The position numbers were made by a program, and so were the translations under genes. DNA of 64,000 nucleotides, taken from the human T2T-CHM13v2.0 reference genome, Homo sapiens. Every line of letters starts with the position of its first letter. Position 1 is the stretch's first letter. The DNA lies in assembly GCF_009914755.1 (NCBI RefSeq), contig NC_060926.1; one strand, written 5' to 3'. The notes beneath the pieces were generated by a model that was not told where the DNA came from, searched no databases, and was given only the letters and a program-made list of their open reading frames with translations. Positions 19,235 through 34,216 of the stretch are shown here, in pieces.

Positions 19235-19712
19235 TGTAAGAGTTAAAGAAGAAAGAAACACAAAAAGTGGCTCAACAGTCAAAGACAGGTTTATTTTGGA
19301 GAATAAACCTGAGAGGGGCATCTGGCCAATTTTGGTCAGGAGCATTCTCTCTTACAGACTAAGGGTATTTAAGCGTTTAGGAAGGGAGAGCTTATCACAA
19401 GCTCAGAATGTTTCTGTGCACAGGAGAGTTTTATTGTGGGGTCGGCATGTCTCTGGACAGAGGGTAGGTTATCTCAGGGCTGGCATGTTTCTGGTTGGAG
19501 TGGAGGTTATCTCAGGGCTGGCATGTTTCTGGTTGGATGGAGATTTATCTCAGAGCTGGAATGTTTCTGGTCGGAGGTGTCACTTGTAGTTTATGGTCAT
19601 GCTGACATTAGTCATTAGGCTAATGGTTTGGGGCTGGATTTACGCGGTTTTTAATCAAGGGGAACTTAAAATTGCTATGTTTGTCCTAGATGGTGATGAT
19701 CCTGCTCTGTCA
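19235..19712 (-). mobile_element. ERV1 solo LTR, LTR15-like
   Basis: tgtaagagttaaaga ... cctgctctgtca with TG/CA ends; TSD atttg at 19230-19234 and 19713-19717; internal ~39-bp tandem units (tctcagggctggcatgtttctggtt). Confidence 0.75.
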
Positions 19713-20078
19713 ATTTGTATTGGTTATTTGATTCAACTGCTTAGAAAAAAATAAGTATGGCTATTTTGTCTTATCTGATGGGATTACATAGTATAAAAAC
19801 AGACTGGCTTAAGTATGGCATCTCAACATCTCACAGCCACAAACTGGATATTGCGTCCTAATAATGAATTCACGTTGATGATCTTTTCAGTGGTATTGCA
19901 AAAGAACTCCCTTATTGATTAAACACAGCTCTTGATTTTTCTAAGCATATAAGTAAAACTCAAAGAATTAAAACAATAAAGTTTTCCTGGGAGAGGAAAA
20001 TCAGGAAATCTGACATAAAATGCCAGTTTGCCTTAAATTAGTAATTACTTGTGTAAAGTGTGCATTAAAAGATACATA

Positions 20079-20372
20079 GCCTGGGCACAGTGCCTCACAC
20101 CTGTAATTCCAGCACTTTGGGAGGTTAAGCCGGGCAGATCACTTGAGGTCAGAAGTTCAAGAGCAGCCTGGCCAACATGGCAAGAACCCATCTCTACAAA
20201 AAATAGAAAAATTAGCTGAGCATGGTGGCATGCTCCTTTAGTCCAAGCTTCTCAAGAGGCTGAGGCAGGAGAATGGCTTGAACCCAGGATGCAGAGGTTG
20301 CAGTGAGCCGAGATCGCATCACTGCATTCCAGCCTGGATGATAGAGTGAGACTCCATCTCCAAAAAAAAAAA
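20079..20372 (+). mobile_element. AluS-like
   Basis: Full sense Alu with A tail; TSD aaaagatacata. Confidence 0.95.
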
Positions 20373-21544
20373 AGATACATAAATACCACTTAACTATGTG
20401 ATTTGTTGAAATTATGTTCTATGTATTTACTTTTATCACATTGAAATACATTCTGTTCTTATATATTTTTTTTCAAGTTAAGGGTGAATGCCAAACATGC
20501 ATAAACCTCACCTATAGAGTCTATTGCCTTTCAGCCTTGTTATGCCTTAATACTGATTCTGTATGCATATATACATAATTTGGTAGATATTTAGCAATGT
20601 TACATTTGGAAAAACTAGGCCAATGTACTATAATCAGCTTTGGAAAAGTTGTTCTCATTTGCAATTTTTCTTACAATTGAACAAATGACTGTTAAATACT
20701 TCATTTTTCTAAGTATATGGATTAAAATATAGCTTGTAGAAATGTCAGAGTATTCTAACTTGAAATGTAGGAAAGCGTTTTGTGTAGTTTTGTAAGTTCT
20801 TTCTTCAATTTTGTGGATTAGTAAGTACATAAAAAGAATTCATTCTGACTGTAGGCTGACAACATTGGATTGGCAGCTGAAAAAAGTTGTCAGCATTGCC
20901 TGTCAGATTCAAACTTAGCAGTGTACAAGGTTTATAAAAGCTTGAAGCTATCCTGTCAACACTGGCATTTCATTAAAGATTAATTAACCCGAATTTGCTT
21001 GCTAATAAAGATCAAAATATCAGTCATTTCTCTCACAAAAAACGTGTGACTAACTTGTAGCTTATGCCTTGTGTATGTGCATATTCATGGTTAAGAAATG
21101 AAGTACTATAGGTCTTTTTTAAGTTTATACTAAAGGCAATGGTGTGCAAAGGAAAGTGGAAGGTTTTAGTTAAAATTAGATCAGAGCATACACATAGCTA
21201 AAACTGACTTCAGTATTTGCTGCAACCAGGAAAATAGAGGAAAATATCTCTTTTCTTTGAAGACCATCCCAGAATTGATTTTACACTTCACTTTTCTAAT
21301 GTTCACATATTAGAAAAAAAGTTAATCCCATTTAAAATGTGAAAATAGATCACTTCATATTTCCAACTGACTACAATATAATACAGTGAAAATGTTGCTA
21401 AAGTTCTATATAAATTATATGTGTTAAATAAGTAAATGAAATTACCAGACCCTCATGACTTTTCCGCTCTTATAGCAATAATAAAAACATCATTTAAAGC
21501 TGCTGTGTTACATTAAGTCATTACTGGGCAACTTATTTAATGAA

Positions 21545-22640
21545 AAATAAGCTTATCCATTATGTAACAAATGTTTTATTGGTAATGTATTGTGTTCCCT
21601 GAACTCTGCAATGTAATGAGGATAAATGGTAAGCAAAACAGACACATTATGTATCCTCACGGATTTAACAATTTATTGGGGGAACAACTATGGGTTTAAG
21701 TCATACTACAATGCAAAATTGCAGCTCTACATGTGCTATGAAGGAGTGGTTTCCAGGACCATAAGAGTCTGTGATAAGGGGGTTTACAGAATAAAGCAGA
21801 TCAAGGAAGTCCTCTTTAAGAGGTTGCCCTGGAGTTTAGACCTGAAGAATTTGTGAGGAGGTATCAGTTGAAAGAGTCAGGGAAAGATCTGCCCAGACAG
21901 AAGGGCTGAATAAAAGACCCTTTGGCAAGAAGGAGTGTAACAAACACAGGGACTGTTATGGGTTGCATTATGTCACACCAAAAAGATATGCTGAAGTCTT
22001 AACCCCAAGTACCTCAGAATGTGACTTTATTTGGAAACAAGGACTTTGCAGATTTTACAAAGTTAGAATGAGGTCACTGGGGTAGACCCCAATCCAATAT
22101 GACGCGTGTTCTTGTAAGAAGGAGAAAGGTGGGCATGGACATGCAGAGGAAAGACTATGTGAAGAGACACAGAGAATAAGGACATATTCAAGCCAGGGAA
22201 TTCCTGAGGTTACCAGAAGCCAGGAAAGAGGCCTGGAACTGATCCTTCCCTAGCACCTTCAGTGGGAGCATGACTCTGCTAACACCTTGATTTTGGCCTT
22301 CTGGCCTCCAGAAGTGTGGCACAATAAATTTCTGTTGTTATCAGTCACTCAGTTTGTAATACTTTGTTACAACAGCCCTAGGAATGTAATACAGGGACTG
22401 AAAACATATCAGTGTAGATTGCAAAGGAAGAATAAGAGCAACTTGATCTGAAGAGAGGATAGAACAATAGGCAGGGACAAGACAATAGGTCCTGAAGGCC
22501 ATTTTTATGAGTTTCCTTTTTATTCTAAGAGCAAAGGATTTAAGAAGTACAAGAAAAAGATGATAGTAGCTTGGACACTAGAGTGGTAGTAATGGTTATA
22601 GAGAGAAATCATTGGAAATAGGGAAGTGAATAAAAAATTA
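21545..22640 (-). mobile_element. L2 LINE fragment (interrupted by MLT1B)
   Basis: Antisense L2-like text (gtaagcaaaacagaca..., tcaaggaagtcctc..., ttttattctaagagcaa). Confidence 0.6.
21954..22393 (+). mobile_element. MaLR solo LTR, MLT1B-like
   Basis: tgttatgggttg...cctcagaatgtgac...aataaatttctgttg...taataca; 5-bp TSD gggac at 21949-21953 and 22394-22398. Confidence 0.88.
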
Positions 22641-22931
22641 TGAATAAACCACAAAAACTCAGGCTTACTCAAGGACATCATTTAAGCCATTGTGTTTGCT
22701 TTTGTCATCAATTTTTCAATCTCTATTAAAAACTGGTTTTCGTTAACAGATTGAGGAGTAGTTGGCATGTAATATAATGCATGTTTAAAAAGTGTGAAAT
22801 TTAATAAATTTTGACATATAATTATAAAGGTATCATAATCAAGATAGTTAACATCCAATCATCTCATATCCAATAATCCAATAATTAATGTCTAAACCCA
22901 AAATTTTCCTAGTTCCTCTATGTGTTACTTT

Positions 22932-23224
22932 ATTTATTTATTTATTGAGATGGAGTCTTGCTTTGTTGCCTAGCCTAGAGTGCAGTGGTGCGATCTTGGC
23001 TCACTTCAACCTCTGCCTCCCCGGTTCAAGTGATTCTCCTGCCTCAGCCTCCTGAGCAGCTGGGACTATAGGTGCACACCACCATGCCCAGCTAATTTTT
23101 GTATTTTTAGTAGAGACGGGGTTTCACTATATTGGCCAAGCTGATCCAATCTCCTGACTTTGTGATCCACCCACCTTGGCCTCCCAAAGTGCTGGGATTA
23201 CAGGCATGAGCCAAAGCGCCCGGC
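22932..23224 (-). mobile_element. AluS (Sc/Sg-like)
   Basis: Antisense Alu; TSD tgttactttattt. Confidence 0.95.
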
Positions 23225-23478
23225 TGTTACTTTATTTTAATATTCCTTTCTCTGAAATTTATTTTTCTTATATTGTCATCCCAGTTTTTTATTATTAGCA
23301 TGACGTATTATTTCCCACTATTTTAAAACTTATTTGTATCTTTGTATTAAAGGGAGTTCCCTGCAGACAGCAAATAATTGGATTTTACTTTCTTGTTTAA
23401 TTTGATAATGTCTGCCATTTAATTGGAATATTTAGTTCACTTACATTTAATGTGACTATTGGTATGGTTAGGTATTAA

Positions 23479-23791
<313 letters not shown>

Positions 23792-24683
23792 AACCCACCA
23801 TTTTCTACTTGTTTTCTATTTGTTTCCTTTGTTCTTTGTAATTTTTCCCTTTTTTCCTGCTTTCTTTAGGATTATTTTTATTCCATTTTATGTATATTGT
23901 TACCTTATTAGTCATAACCCTTTATTTTGGTGGTTGTTTCTTGCTTCAAGTAATATTAAGTTATGTACCTCTTCACATATAGTATGAGGAACTTGTAAGA
24001 AAATATTACTACTTCCAATTTCTTCTCCTGGCCTTTCTGTTATTATTGTCATGCATATTATTGTATATATGTTATAAAAGTCACAGTACAAGTCATTTAT
24101 CACTTGAATGCATTTAACTATTAAGGAAAATATCTTATGTATTTACCCAAAAAAGTTAATTCTACTTGTGATCTTCATTTCTTTGAGGGAATTTTAATTT
24201 TTACATGATTATCATTTTACTAAATTACTTTTTTGGACATTTCTTGTAGTGTGGGGTTTGCTGGTGAAAAATTGGTTCATTTTCTTTGTCTGAAAGTACT
24301 TATTTTAGCATTTTTTAAATGATATTCTTCCAGGTTATAAAATTCTAGATTGGCGTCCTATTATTTCTTTTAGTATTTAAAAATGTTGCTCAACTGACTG
24401 CTTACTTCATTGTTTTCTACTAGAAATTGGCTGTCATTTTGATCTTTGTCTTTTGTAAAGGCATATGTTTTTTTGTCTGACCCCTTTCGAGATTTTATCA
24501 CTGATTCTGAGCAATTTGAATATAATGTATCTTGACATAGTTTTCTTCATGTTTCTTGTGGTTGAAGTTTGATATGATTCTCGGAACTGAGAGTATATAG
24601 TTTTCCTCAAATTGCAAGATTTTGGCTACTATTTCTTCATAATTTTTTGTCCCTTTTTATTTCTCCTTTCCTTTAGAGACTCC

Positions 24684-25487
24684 CATTGACAAAAAGATTC
24701 AAACTCTGTAAAATATTTGAAGGGATTTATTCTGAGCCAAATATAAGTAACCATGACCTGTGACATATCCCTCAGGAGGAACTGAGGACATGTGCCTAAG
24801 GTGGTCAGGGTGCAGCTTGGTTTTATACATTTTAGGGAGGCATGAGACATCAATCAAATACATTTGAGAAATACATTGGTTTGGTCCAGAAAGGTGGGGC
24901 AGTTTGAACTTGGGGGGAGGATTTCCAGGCTATAGGTGGTAAATTTAAACATTTTCTAGTTGACAATTGGTTGAGTTTGTCTAAAGACCTTGGATCAACA
25001 GAAAGGAAATGTTCAGGTTAAGATAAAGATTGTGGAGACCAAGGTATTTTGAATTCTCATAGTGGCTGCCATTAAAGACAATAGATGACAAATGTTTCCT
25101 ATTCAGACCTTTAAAAGGTCCTAGACTCTCAGTTAATCTCTTCAGGAATGGGAGGGCCTGGGAAAACAAAGATCTAGCTATGTTAATAGAGATTCTTTAC
25201 ATATGCAAATTTTCTCCCACAAAGTACAGCTTTGCAGGGCCATTTCAAAATGTGGCAAAGAAACATGTTTGGATTTTCTTCTTTGTCAGGTAATGTTACA
25301 CATAAAATATTTGGATTTTCTTCTTTGTCATGTAATGTTATGCCAGAGTCAGATTGGAAAGTAAGTCACGATATATAGGGTTAAATAAAACCCATCTAAT
25401 GAGAATTTATGGTTTGTAGGGCATGACTCCCCAGATCCCTTAGATAGGAATTTGCATGAGATAAAAAAAATCAAAGCTTAGTCTTCA
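24684..25487 (-). mobile_element. ERV1 solo LTR, MER4D/E-like (second copy)
   Basis: Colinear with 17460-18222 (aaactctgtaaaatatttgaagggatttattctgagcc ... gcttagtcttca); inserted in L1M. Confidence 0.88.
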
Positions 25488-25757
25488 ATCCCATTGCATT
25501 TATATTAGTTCACTTTAAGTATTCCACAGTTTATGGATGCTCTGTTAATTTTTTTTTCAGTTTGTATTGTTTTGAATTCTATGCCTCCAAATTAATTTTT
25601 CTCCTGCAATCTCTAATCTGCTTCCATCTAGTAAATTATCTCAGATATTATATTAATAATTCTATCACCAGACATTTTATTTGATCCTTTTTAACTTCCC
25701 TGTTTCTTCTTAACCTATTTAATCTTTCCTCTCATTTTTTGAACATATGAAATTTGA

Positions 25758-26066
<309 letters not shown>

Positions 26067-27018
26067 TTAAAATATTCTTGTCTAATTTTATCATCTGTGT
26101 CAGTTATGGATTGGTTTTGATTGACTTTTCTCTTCACATGGTTCAGATTTTCCAATTTCTTTGTGTATTGTTAATTTTTGTTTGGATGCCAAACAATGTG
26201 AGTTTTACTTTTTGGGTACTGGATATTTTTATTCTATATTCTTTAGATTTCTTTTGAAAAGCAGTTAAATCACTTAGAAGCAGTTTGATCCTTTTGGATC
26301 TTGATTTTAAACTTAGAACAGAATTTAGTGCTGGGGCTTTTTTTTTTTTTTTTTTTTTTTTTTGGTCTCACTTCAAAAGTGTGACCTCTCTAAGAGCAGT
26401 GCCCAATAGCCATATGAATTAATAAGATTTTTTAGTTTGAAAACACTCATTATTCTCAGCCTTACTGAGTTCTGAATATATTGTTCTCACTATTCTTTTC
26501 AGGTGGCTCTTTTCATATCCTTGGTTAGTGTCCTAACAAACATGTGCTAATTAGTACCCAGCTGAATATTCGAGGAGAATTGTTTACAGATGTCTGGAAT
26601 TTTCTCTCTGCTGCCCTCTTTTCTCTTTAGTGTGCACTTTACTATGCTGCTGTAGAGAGGCTATCCTACTCCAGAAAGACTTGTTTATAATTTCTTCACA
26701 CCACTCATTTATTCATTTTCTCCTTTATACTTCTTCCAATCTGGTTTTTACATCCTCTGAAATTCTTATCAAGTCATCAGACCATCATTTTGCTAAATCT
26801 AGTGTTTATTTTTGGTATAAATATTCTGGCCTCCATAATGTCTGACCTCATCTTTTATTAATTTCTCCTTCAATCCATCACATTAAAAAAATTCTTCGAT
26901 CACAGTAGGCATGATTTTGTCTTAGAACATTTATACTGGCTATTTTTTCTGCTTGAAATGCCCTTTCTTCAGATATTTGCCTCGTTAACAAACTCCTCTA
27001 TTTCTAGACTTAACTCTT

Positions 27019-27944
27019 CGTCTTAGTCTTAGTCCATTTGTGCTGCTATAACACAGACTGTGGAATTGATAAAAGACAGATATTTATTTCTAACAGTCTG
27101 GAGGCTGGGAAGTCCAAGGTCAAGTCACCAGCAGATTTGGCTCTCCAGCAAGGGCTGCATCCTCCAGAGTGAAGGAAACTGTGTCCTTACACTGCCTCCA
27201 GAGGCAGAAGGGCAAGAGAGAGACACTCCCTCTATCCACTGCTTTGATAAGGATACCTAATCTCATTCATGAGTATGATGGTTAATATTAGGTGTCAACT
27301 TGACTGGATTGAGGGATGCCTAGATGGCTGATGAAGCATGTTAATAGATGTGTCTGTGAGGGACACATCTATTTGCCAGAGGAGACTGATATTTGAGTTA
27401 GTAGACTGGGAGAGGAAAATTCATCCTCAATGTGGGTGGCACCAACCATTTGTCTGCCAGTGCAGGTAGAACAAAGCAGGCAGAAGAAGAGGATAGGCAG
27501 CTTGTTGAGTCTTTTTGCTCCTTCTCTTCCCATGTTATGCTGGATGCTTGGCTTCCTCTCCTCGTGCCCTTGGATATTAACTCCAGGTTCTTCAGCCTTT
27601 GGTCTGTGAGGCTTGTACCAGCAACCTCCCAGGGGCTCTTGGGCCTATGGCCTCAGACTGAGGGCTGCACTGTTGGCTTCCCTGATATTGAGGCATTCAG
27701 ATTTAAACTGAGCTATGCTACTGGCTTCTCTCTTTCTCTAGCTTGCATATAGATAGATACAGATATAGATATAGATATATAGATATATATATAGATCCTA
27801 TTGGTTCTGTCTCTCTGCAGAACCCTGACTAATACAGTGACGGAGGAGCCCTGAAGGCCTAATCACCTCTTAAAGGCCCCACCTCTTAATACTATCACAC
27901 TGGCAACATCTGAATTTTGGAGAGGGCACATTCAAACCATAGCA
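27019..27944 (-). mobile_element. MaLR LTR (MST/MLT1A-like) split by MLT2A
   Basis: tcttagtccatttgtgctgctataac...ggaggctgggaagtccaag ... cattcaaaccatagca; 5-bp TSD ctctt at 27014-27018 and 27945-27949. Confidence 0.85.
27274..27836 (+). mobile_element. HERV-L solo LTR, MLT2A2-like
   Basis: tatgatggttaatattaggtgtcaacttgactggattgagggatgcc ... gaaccctgactaataca, with an internal (TAGATA)n tract. Confidence 0.88.
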
Positions 27945-27989
27945 CTCTTCAATAAGCCTAATCACCCTACTTAAAATTCCAGCAACTTC

Positions 27990-28460
27990 CCAGGATAGCC
28001 AGTCTCTAAAGATAACCCTCAATAAACCTTGTGTAACCCTTTCCTCTTGAATCTGGGCTAGCCCTGACTTGGAGCCAATAGAATGCAGCAGGTGTGACAA
28101 TCTAGATCTTCTGAGGCAGTCAGAGGACAACTTGCAAATTCTGACTGGGTCTGCTTAAATGCTAGCTGTCAGGGTGCTCACTCTCAGTACACATGGAGAG
28201 GCCACCTTTAGGCACCTTGATCAATAACCTCAGCTAAGCCTACATTTGACAACCAGTATCAACTGCTGGCCATGTGATGGAGCTGTCTTGGACCTCTAGC
28301 CCAGACTAAAGCCCTGGCTGATATCTGTCTGTAAACACATGAGAAACTGTAAGTGAGAGCCAACTAGATCAGCTAAAACACAGTAATACAAGTTAATAAT
28401 AAATTGTTTGAAGCCACTAAGCTTTGAAGTGGTTTATAGGCAAGGATAGCTAGAAACTCT
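27990..28460 (+). mobile_element. MLT1 (F/G/H-like) LTR
   Basis: gagaggccacc...aactgctggccatgtga...aataaattgtttgaagccactaag...gatagctagaa. Confidence 0.6.
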
Positions 28461-28715
28461 GTTTGCCCTGCACTTCAATTTTTAATCTCTTGCTCTTTGT
28501 CTTTTTCCCTCAGCATTTGTTATCATTTAACATACTATATGATTTGTGATTTATTATGTTTATTATTTATTTTTTGTCTTGTTGTCCCCACCAGATTGAA
28601 AGCTCTAAAAGGTGGCAATCATTGTTTGTTGTGCTCTCTGATATATCTCAGTTGTCTAGAACAGCATGGCTAATACATAGTGGAATTTCAATAAATATTT
28701 GTAAAAGTAATGAAG
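28460..28715 (+). mobile_element. L2 3' end
   Basis: ccagattgaaagctc...tctagaacagcatggc...caataaatatttg. Confidence 0.6.
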
Positions 28716-29336
28716 AAGGCGGTAGTCTATCCTAAAAAGTTAAACAAGACTCATTCAAAAGATGATCACAAATTTACTCAAATGTGGTTCATTCCCAAAG
28801 CCAAAATGATAAATTAAGATGTCAACAAATATCTATGGAACACAAGCTAAATTACAGACTTGTAATTATTAATAGCAAACTGGAGAGTAATTATTAGAAA
28901 AAAATGAAATTTGAAATTACTTTCAAATATTACACCATTATAAGCCTCTGGGTAGTGATTTTAGATTAATATAAAATTTGATGAAACCAATCATAATGAA
29001 AAAGATACCTAATTATTGTCACTCAAAAATAATAATTTAAACAAAATTTAAGGGCATATAACCACAATGTTCAATACTTGGATTTGTTACAGTACCTTTT
29101 TTAAGTGATTACAGGGTTAACATAATTTGAGTTGTGCATATTTATTTACATTAATTTCACTTCACTTAATGGAATCTGCTGGAGATTGACTTGTGTTTGT
29201 ACTAAAAATACATAAAATATATTAAGAAAAAGCAGAGAGAGAGCCACTGATTTATTGTGTTTGGTGTCCAAGAACAGCTCAAACTGCTTTCTGTGAAAGA
29301 GTTATGCCTTACTGTTTCCTTAAAAATGTTTTGTCT

Positions 29337-29646
<310 letters not shown>

Positions 29647-31504
29647 TTATCTTGAAAACTATATGTCAGTTCTTAGTTGAGTTAGTAATATGAGGAATGG
29701 CTACAAGTTTTTAAGGAAAAAATACATTTTAAGAATGTTCACTGAAAACCCTTTTAAAACAACAGGTTCTGAATTTTAAAAATATTCAGATAGATTTCTT
29801 TTTGAACATATAACTGGAATCTTTATTACAAAAGAATCATCAATGTTTGACTTCTAATTCATATGCCAACATGCATTTCTAAGCAAACTATAACCAAGAA
29901 AAATGCCAAGCACACTCTGTAAGCTTAGAATGCATGTGAATTTCATATTAATTCTTTTTGACTCCTCCTGAACTTGAGCATCTTACAGGTCTGATTGGGC
30001 AATTTATCAGTTCTCATGCTCAATGAATTCAGTCGTAGGGCACATGCAACTTAAAGCAATGAGGCCTAACTGCCAGGGTGCTTAGAACCATCAGTAGGGA
30101 TGAATAGCACAGAGTCAGCATACAAATAGAACATGAACATAGAGCAAAGGCGAACATTTAGCCTGACTTTGGAGCAAAACCAGAGTTAAGACCAAGCCCT
30201 ACCTCAGCACACTGACGCTTCAGTTTTACATGTTTGCTTCGTAGACAGAACTACTTCACATTTATTTACCTTCCATTATACAATCTGCACATTAAAAACA
30301 AAAGAAAACAAAACAATAATGGCCATTAAACAAAAATACATGATGTAGCTTGCTAAATAATTTATGGGCTTTTTGGAAGTGTTTTGGGCAGATTTCAACC
30401 TAACATTACTCTTATTTCCTATTCTTTTCCTTATAGAATGGAGTATCATGATAACTAGGTACTAAGTCAAGTCAACAGTGGGCCAAGTTGCCTCTGTGGA
30501 ATTTAAGCTTTACATGAAGAGAGACTTAAGTATATTTAGTCCTTGGTGGTAGAACTCTTTAGTGTGAAGTCAAGTAGTTGCTTTTGTAGCTTTGATTCAA
30601 AGAAGCCAAAATCAAATGCTATGGGGCCTGGAACATGGTGAAAGTGGACTATCTGGCACTGAAACTTGGAAACCCTATCTAAAGGAAGCAGTCACTACTT
30701 AGCTCTACCAATAGTTGCCATGCTAGATTGTGAGACCAGGGATGCCAGGTATTTTGTTTCTGCAAGAGAAGCCAGAAATATGGATTTATCATGTCAACTC
30801 TCCTAATAAATACTGAAATGTACTTCATTCTTTGGTGCTTTATGCAAGACAAAAAAAAAAAAGAAAAAAGAGAGGGAGAGAAAGAAGAAGCGAAGAAAAG
30901 ACATGGACTCTCATGTAGATTGAACTTGGTCCACAGTTTACTAGCTTGAGATCTGTAAGAATAAACTAAGGAGGTAAGAGAAGGAGGAGGGCATATTACT
31001 TAGGTGAGAAGTAATTGTAAAATGTATTATAAGCATTTATTAGCACAGTAAAATTTATGGACAAAATAGAAACTTCAAACTACATTAAGCCTTCTGTAAT
31101 CGAGCTGTATCACCTGCTTCTCATTGATATCCTTTTTCTTACTACTTCCTCCCTTATTCAGAGAAGTGTTGGCTAATTGTTCACAATTTTACTATGCACT
31201 CACTTTCCATTCTACTCTATTAATTAACACTATCATTCATTTATTTAATGAATAAATATTTTTCAAGTTCCATATGCGTTGCTTTCTAGTATACGTGGAA
31301 ATGTGGTATAGCCAAAAAGTCACAATGATCACGTGGATGCTATTCCTAACGCCTTGGCCTCTCAATATGTTGACTTCCCTGAATTCCAAAAGGCATCATC
31401 ATTTTGCTTCAGCTCAACATTCCTAAGGTCATAATCTGGACATTGCTGTTACCAGGAAGTGTTCCATGTCTAAATTCATGAATTCAGATTTTTAACTCAT
31501 TGAC

Positions 31505-31615
31505 CCACCCTTCCTTCCTTCCTTCCTTCCTGCTTGCATTCCTCTCTTCTTGCCTTCCTTTCTTTATCCTTCTCTTTTCCTTCTTTCCTTCCTTCCTTCC
31601 TTCTACTCTCCCTTG
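31505..31615. repeat. (CCTT)n / CT-rich low-complexity tract
   Basis: cttccttccttccttccttcc... Confidence 0.85.
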
Positions 31616-32204
31616 CCTCTCCTGTTCTGAATTCTGTAAGTATTATTGCACTCCATCTATTTTTTGCTCTCATTAAATTCTTTGAATCTTGTAATTTCTC
31701 TTATATCAACATCTTCTACCTCCCAGTAGTATGGGGTCCTGTTTTATTCAAGCTAATCTTCATGCTCTTTCATATTAGTGAATCTCATGACAAAATCTGT
31801 ACTCTTTGGATCTTGATTTTTTATAGACTTGACATGTAAAATTCTACCTTTTTGTTAATCCACTTCCCTCCACTACTGGAGGTTGATACCACTGTGAGTT
31901 TAGGTTCATCAAATTTGATTAGACCTCAAAATTCTCTAGATTTCTAGATCTTTTACATATCTTTTAACCATATCTTTTTCTTACTCTTCACAGTGGCTAT
32001 TTTAAACCTTTCTCATTCTACTCAAGCTCCGACTGCAACTTTTTCTTACTTAACACATGACCATCAGGGCAACTGTTCTTAAATTTCTTCACTTACCTCA
32101 TCTACCAACTTAACTAACAAGGTATCATGGTTTTAAAAAGTGCTATGTTCAGGATAATTCCTTCAACTATGCTTATTATACTATCCGCTAAACTGTCCTT
32201 ATTT

Positions 32205-33960
32205 TTCATTCATTCATTTTATAAATCATATATTAATCACCTAGTTTGTGACAGGTACTGTTCTGGGCTCTTTGGCCACACCAATGAGTAACACATATTA
32301 GGATCCTGTTCTCAGAAAGACGTTCCACTGAAAGGAGGTAATCAGCTGTTAGAAAAATATTAGTTTCAGCTAGTAATAAGAACTGAAAAAATACTAAGAC
32401 AAGGTGATAGATATATCAGATAGTGAGTACCTGGGTGTGAAGACACTTCCCTGAGGAAGAGACATTTGGTCAGAGAATGACAAGAAGGAGCCAGCCATGA
32501 GAAGACGTAGAGGAGAAGCATGTGAATTCACAGGAAAGAATAAGCACATGCATCCTAACTTGGGAAAGGACTTGGTGTGTTTCATCAATGCACATGCAGT
32601 TGAACAATCATGGGTAATAGTGGGAGATGAGATTAGAAGGTCAATCAGGAGCTTAATGTAGGTTATGCAGGAAGCCTTTTGTGGTTGTTAAGCATGGGAT
32701 TGATGTCATCCAATTTAGATTTTTAACAAAAACCCATACCATGCTGAATGTTGATGGAGTTACGTAAGGGTAGAAGAAGAGATATTATTTAGTAGGTAAT
32801 TCAAGTAATGTAGGTGAGAGATAATGGTGGCTTGATTTTAGGGTGATACTAGGGAAAGAGAATGGTTGACAGATTAAGAGTATATCTAGAGGGTAAAGCC
32901 AAAAGATTTGCTGATCTATGGATATGGAAGTTAAGAGAAAGAAAGGAACAAGAATAACTCCTAGTGTTTTTTGTTTGTTTGTTTGTTTCTTTGCTTGACT
33001 AATTTTGTTATGTCATTCATTAAATTGAGAATGAAAGAACAATATTTTTGAGATCAAAATAAAGTTGCAATCCTGAGTTAAGTTTTATGCATGCTAAATT
33101 TAGATGCTTTATTAGGCATGCAAGTTAAGATGTCTAATTGACAATTGGATATGTGAGTTTGGAGTTCAGAAGAGAGGTCAGCACTGGCCATCAATATTCA
33201 GTACCCGATGTCTTGTGGGTGGTAAAGCCATGGGACTAAGTGAGATAATCTAGGGAGAAATCAGAAAGAGAAAAAAATTCAGGGCACATCCCTGGCTCAC
33301 TCTAATACTTAAATAATAATTAGAGAAAGAGGAACCAACAAAAGAGACTGAGAAATACCTAGCAAGATAGGTGAAAAGACAAGGAAGAGTGATACATGCT
33401 ATAGAAGCTAAGAAAAGAAAGTACTTAAAGAGGATGCAAATGTACATACTTGCCAGAGCTAAAAAAGAAAAAGATGCAAATGACCAACTGTTTAGCTGAG
33501 AAACTAGTAATGTTAAAACTGTGAAATAGCTGTTGAAGTTGGTCTGGAGGGGTGTCATTTGTTATAAGAACTATTTCAACTGAATTGGAGTCATTTGAGG
33601 AGAGAATGGGAGGTAAACAACAGGAGACAGAGACAACAGACAACTCTTCTTGTAAGTTTTATCATGAAAGGAGACCAAGAAGAGAAATAGTAGCTGGAAG
33701 AGAATGTGGGCTAAAGCAGGGTTTTATAAAGTGGGAAGATTCTAGAATATGTATGCTGCTAGGATTGATTCAATAGAAACAAATTGATGATGTAGGAGGA
33801 AGAGGATACTTGCAGGAACCAAGTTCATTAGAAAGTGAGTCGCAGATGGAGCTAGAGCACAAATTGAGGGATAGAACTTTGACGTGAGCAGGGACACTTC
33901 ATTTATTGTAAAAGAAAGAAAGGGGATGGGTAGAAGTTTAGGTAGGTAGGTAAATTTTGT
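32205..33960 (-). mobile_element. Long L2 LINE fragment
   Basis: Begins ttcattcattca (antisense L2 tail), followed by the purine-rich antisense L2 body (ttggatatgtgagtttggagttcagaagagaggtcag). Confidence 0.75.
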
Positions 33961-34216
33961 GATGAAAACAAGGAAGCCCTAGATTGAATCTATTTAACAA
34001 GGTCATCATTTGAAAGGGAAGAGTGGGTGGAAAAGAGGTAGGGCTGGAGGCCACTACACAAAGGGAGAAGGTATGAATACTCATTTTACATAGTGTCAGA
34101 GTAAATATGCAGTGCAGTGGAGTTGCAGAGTATTAGAGAATGCCATTTTGTCACTCATGGTCATGTATTTAGAGTGAGACAAAATAGAATTGCTGTGCAT
34201 CTTGAAGCCTGCACAA

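Noticed and set aside
26338-26363. Isolated poly(T) as a retrocopy tail
   Set aside because: No adjacent retroposed body or TSD is visible; it is more likely a slippage-expanded T run inside old L1M.
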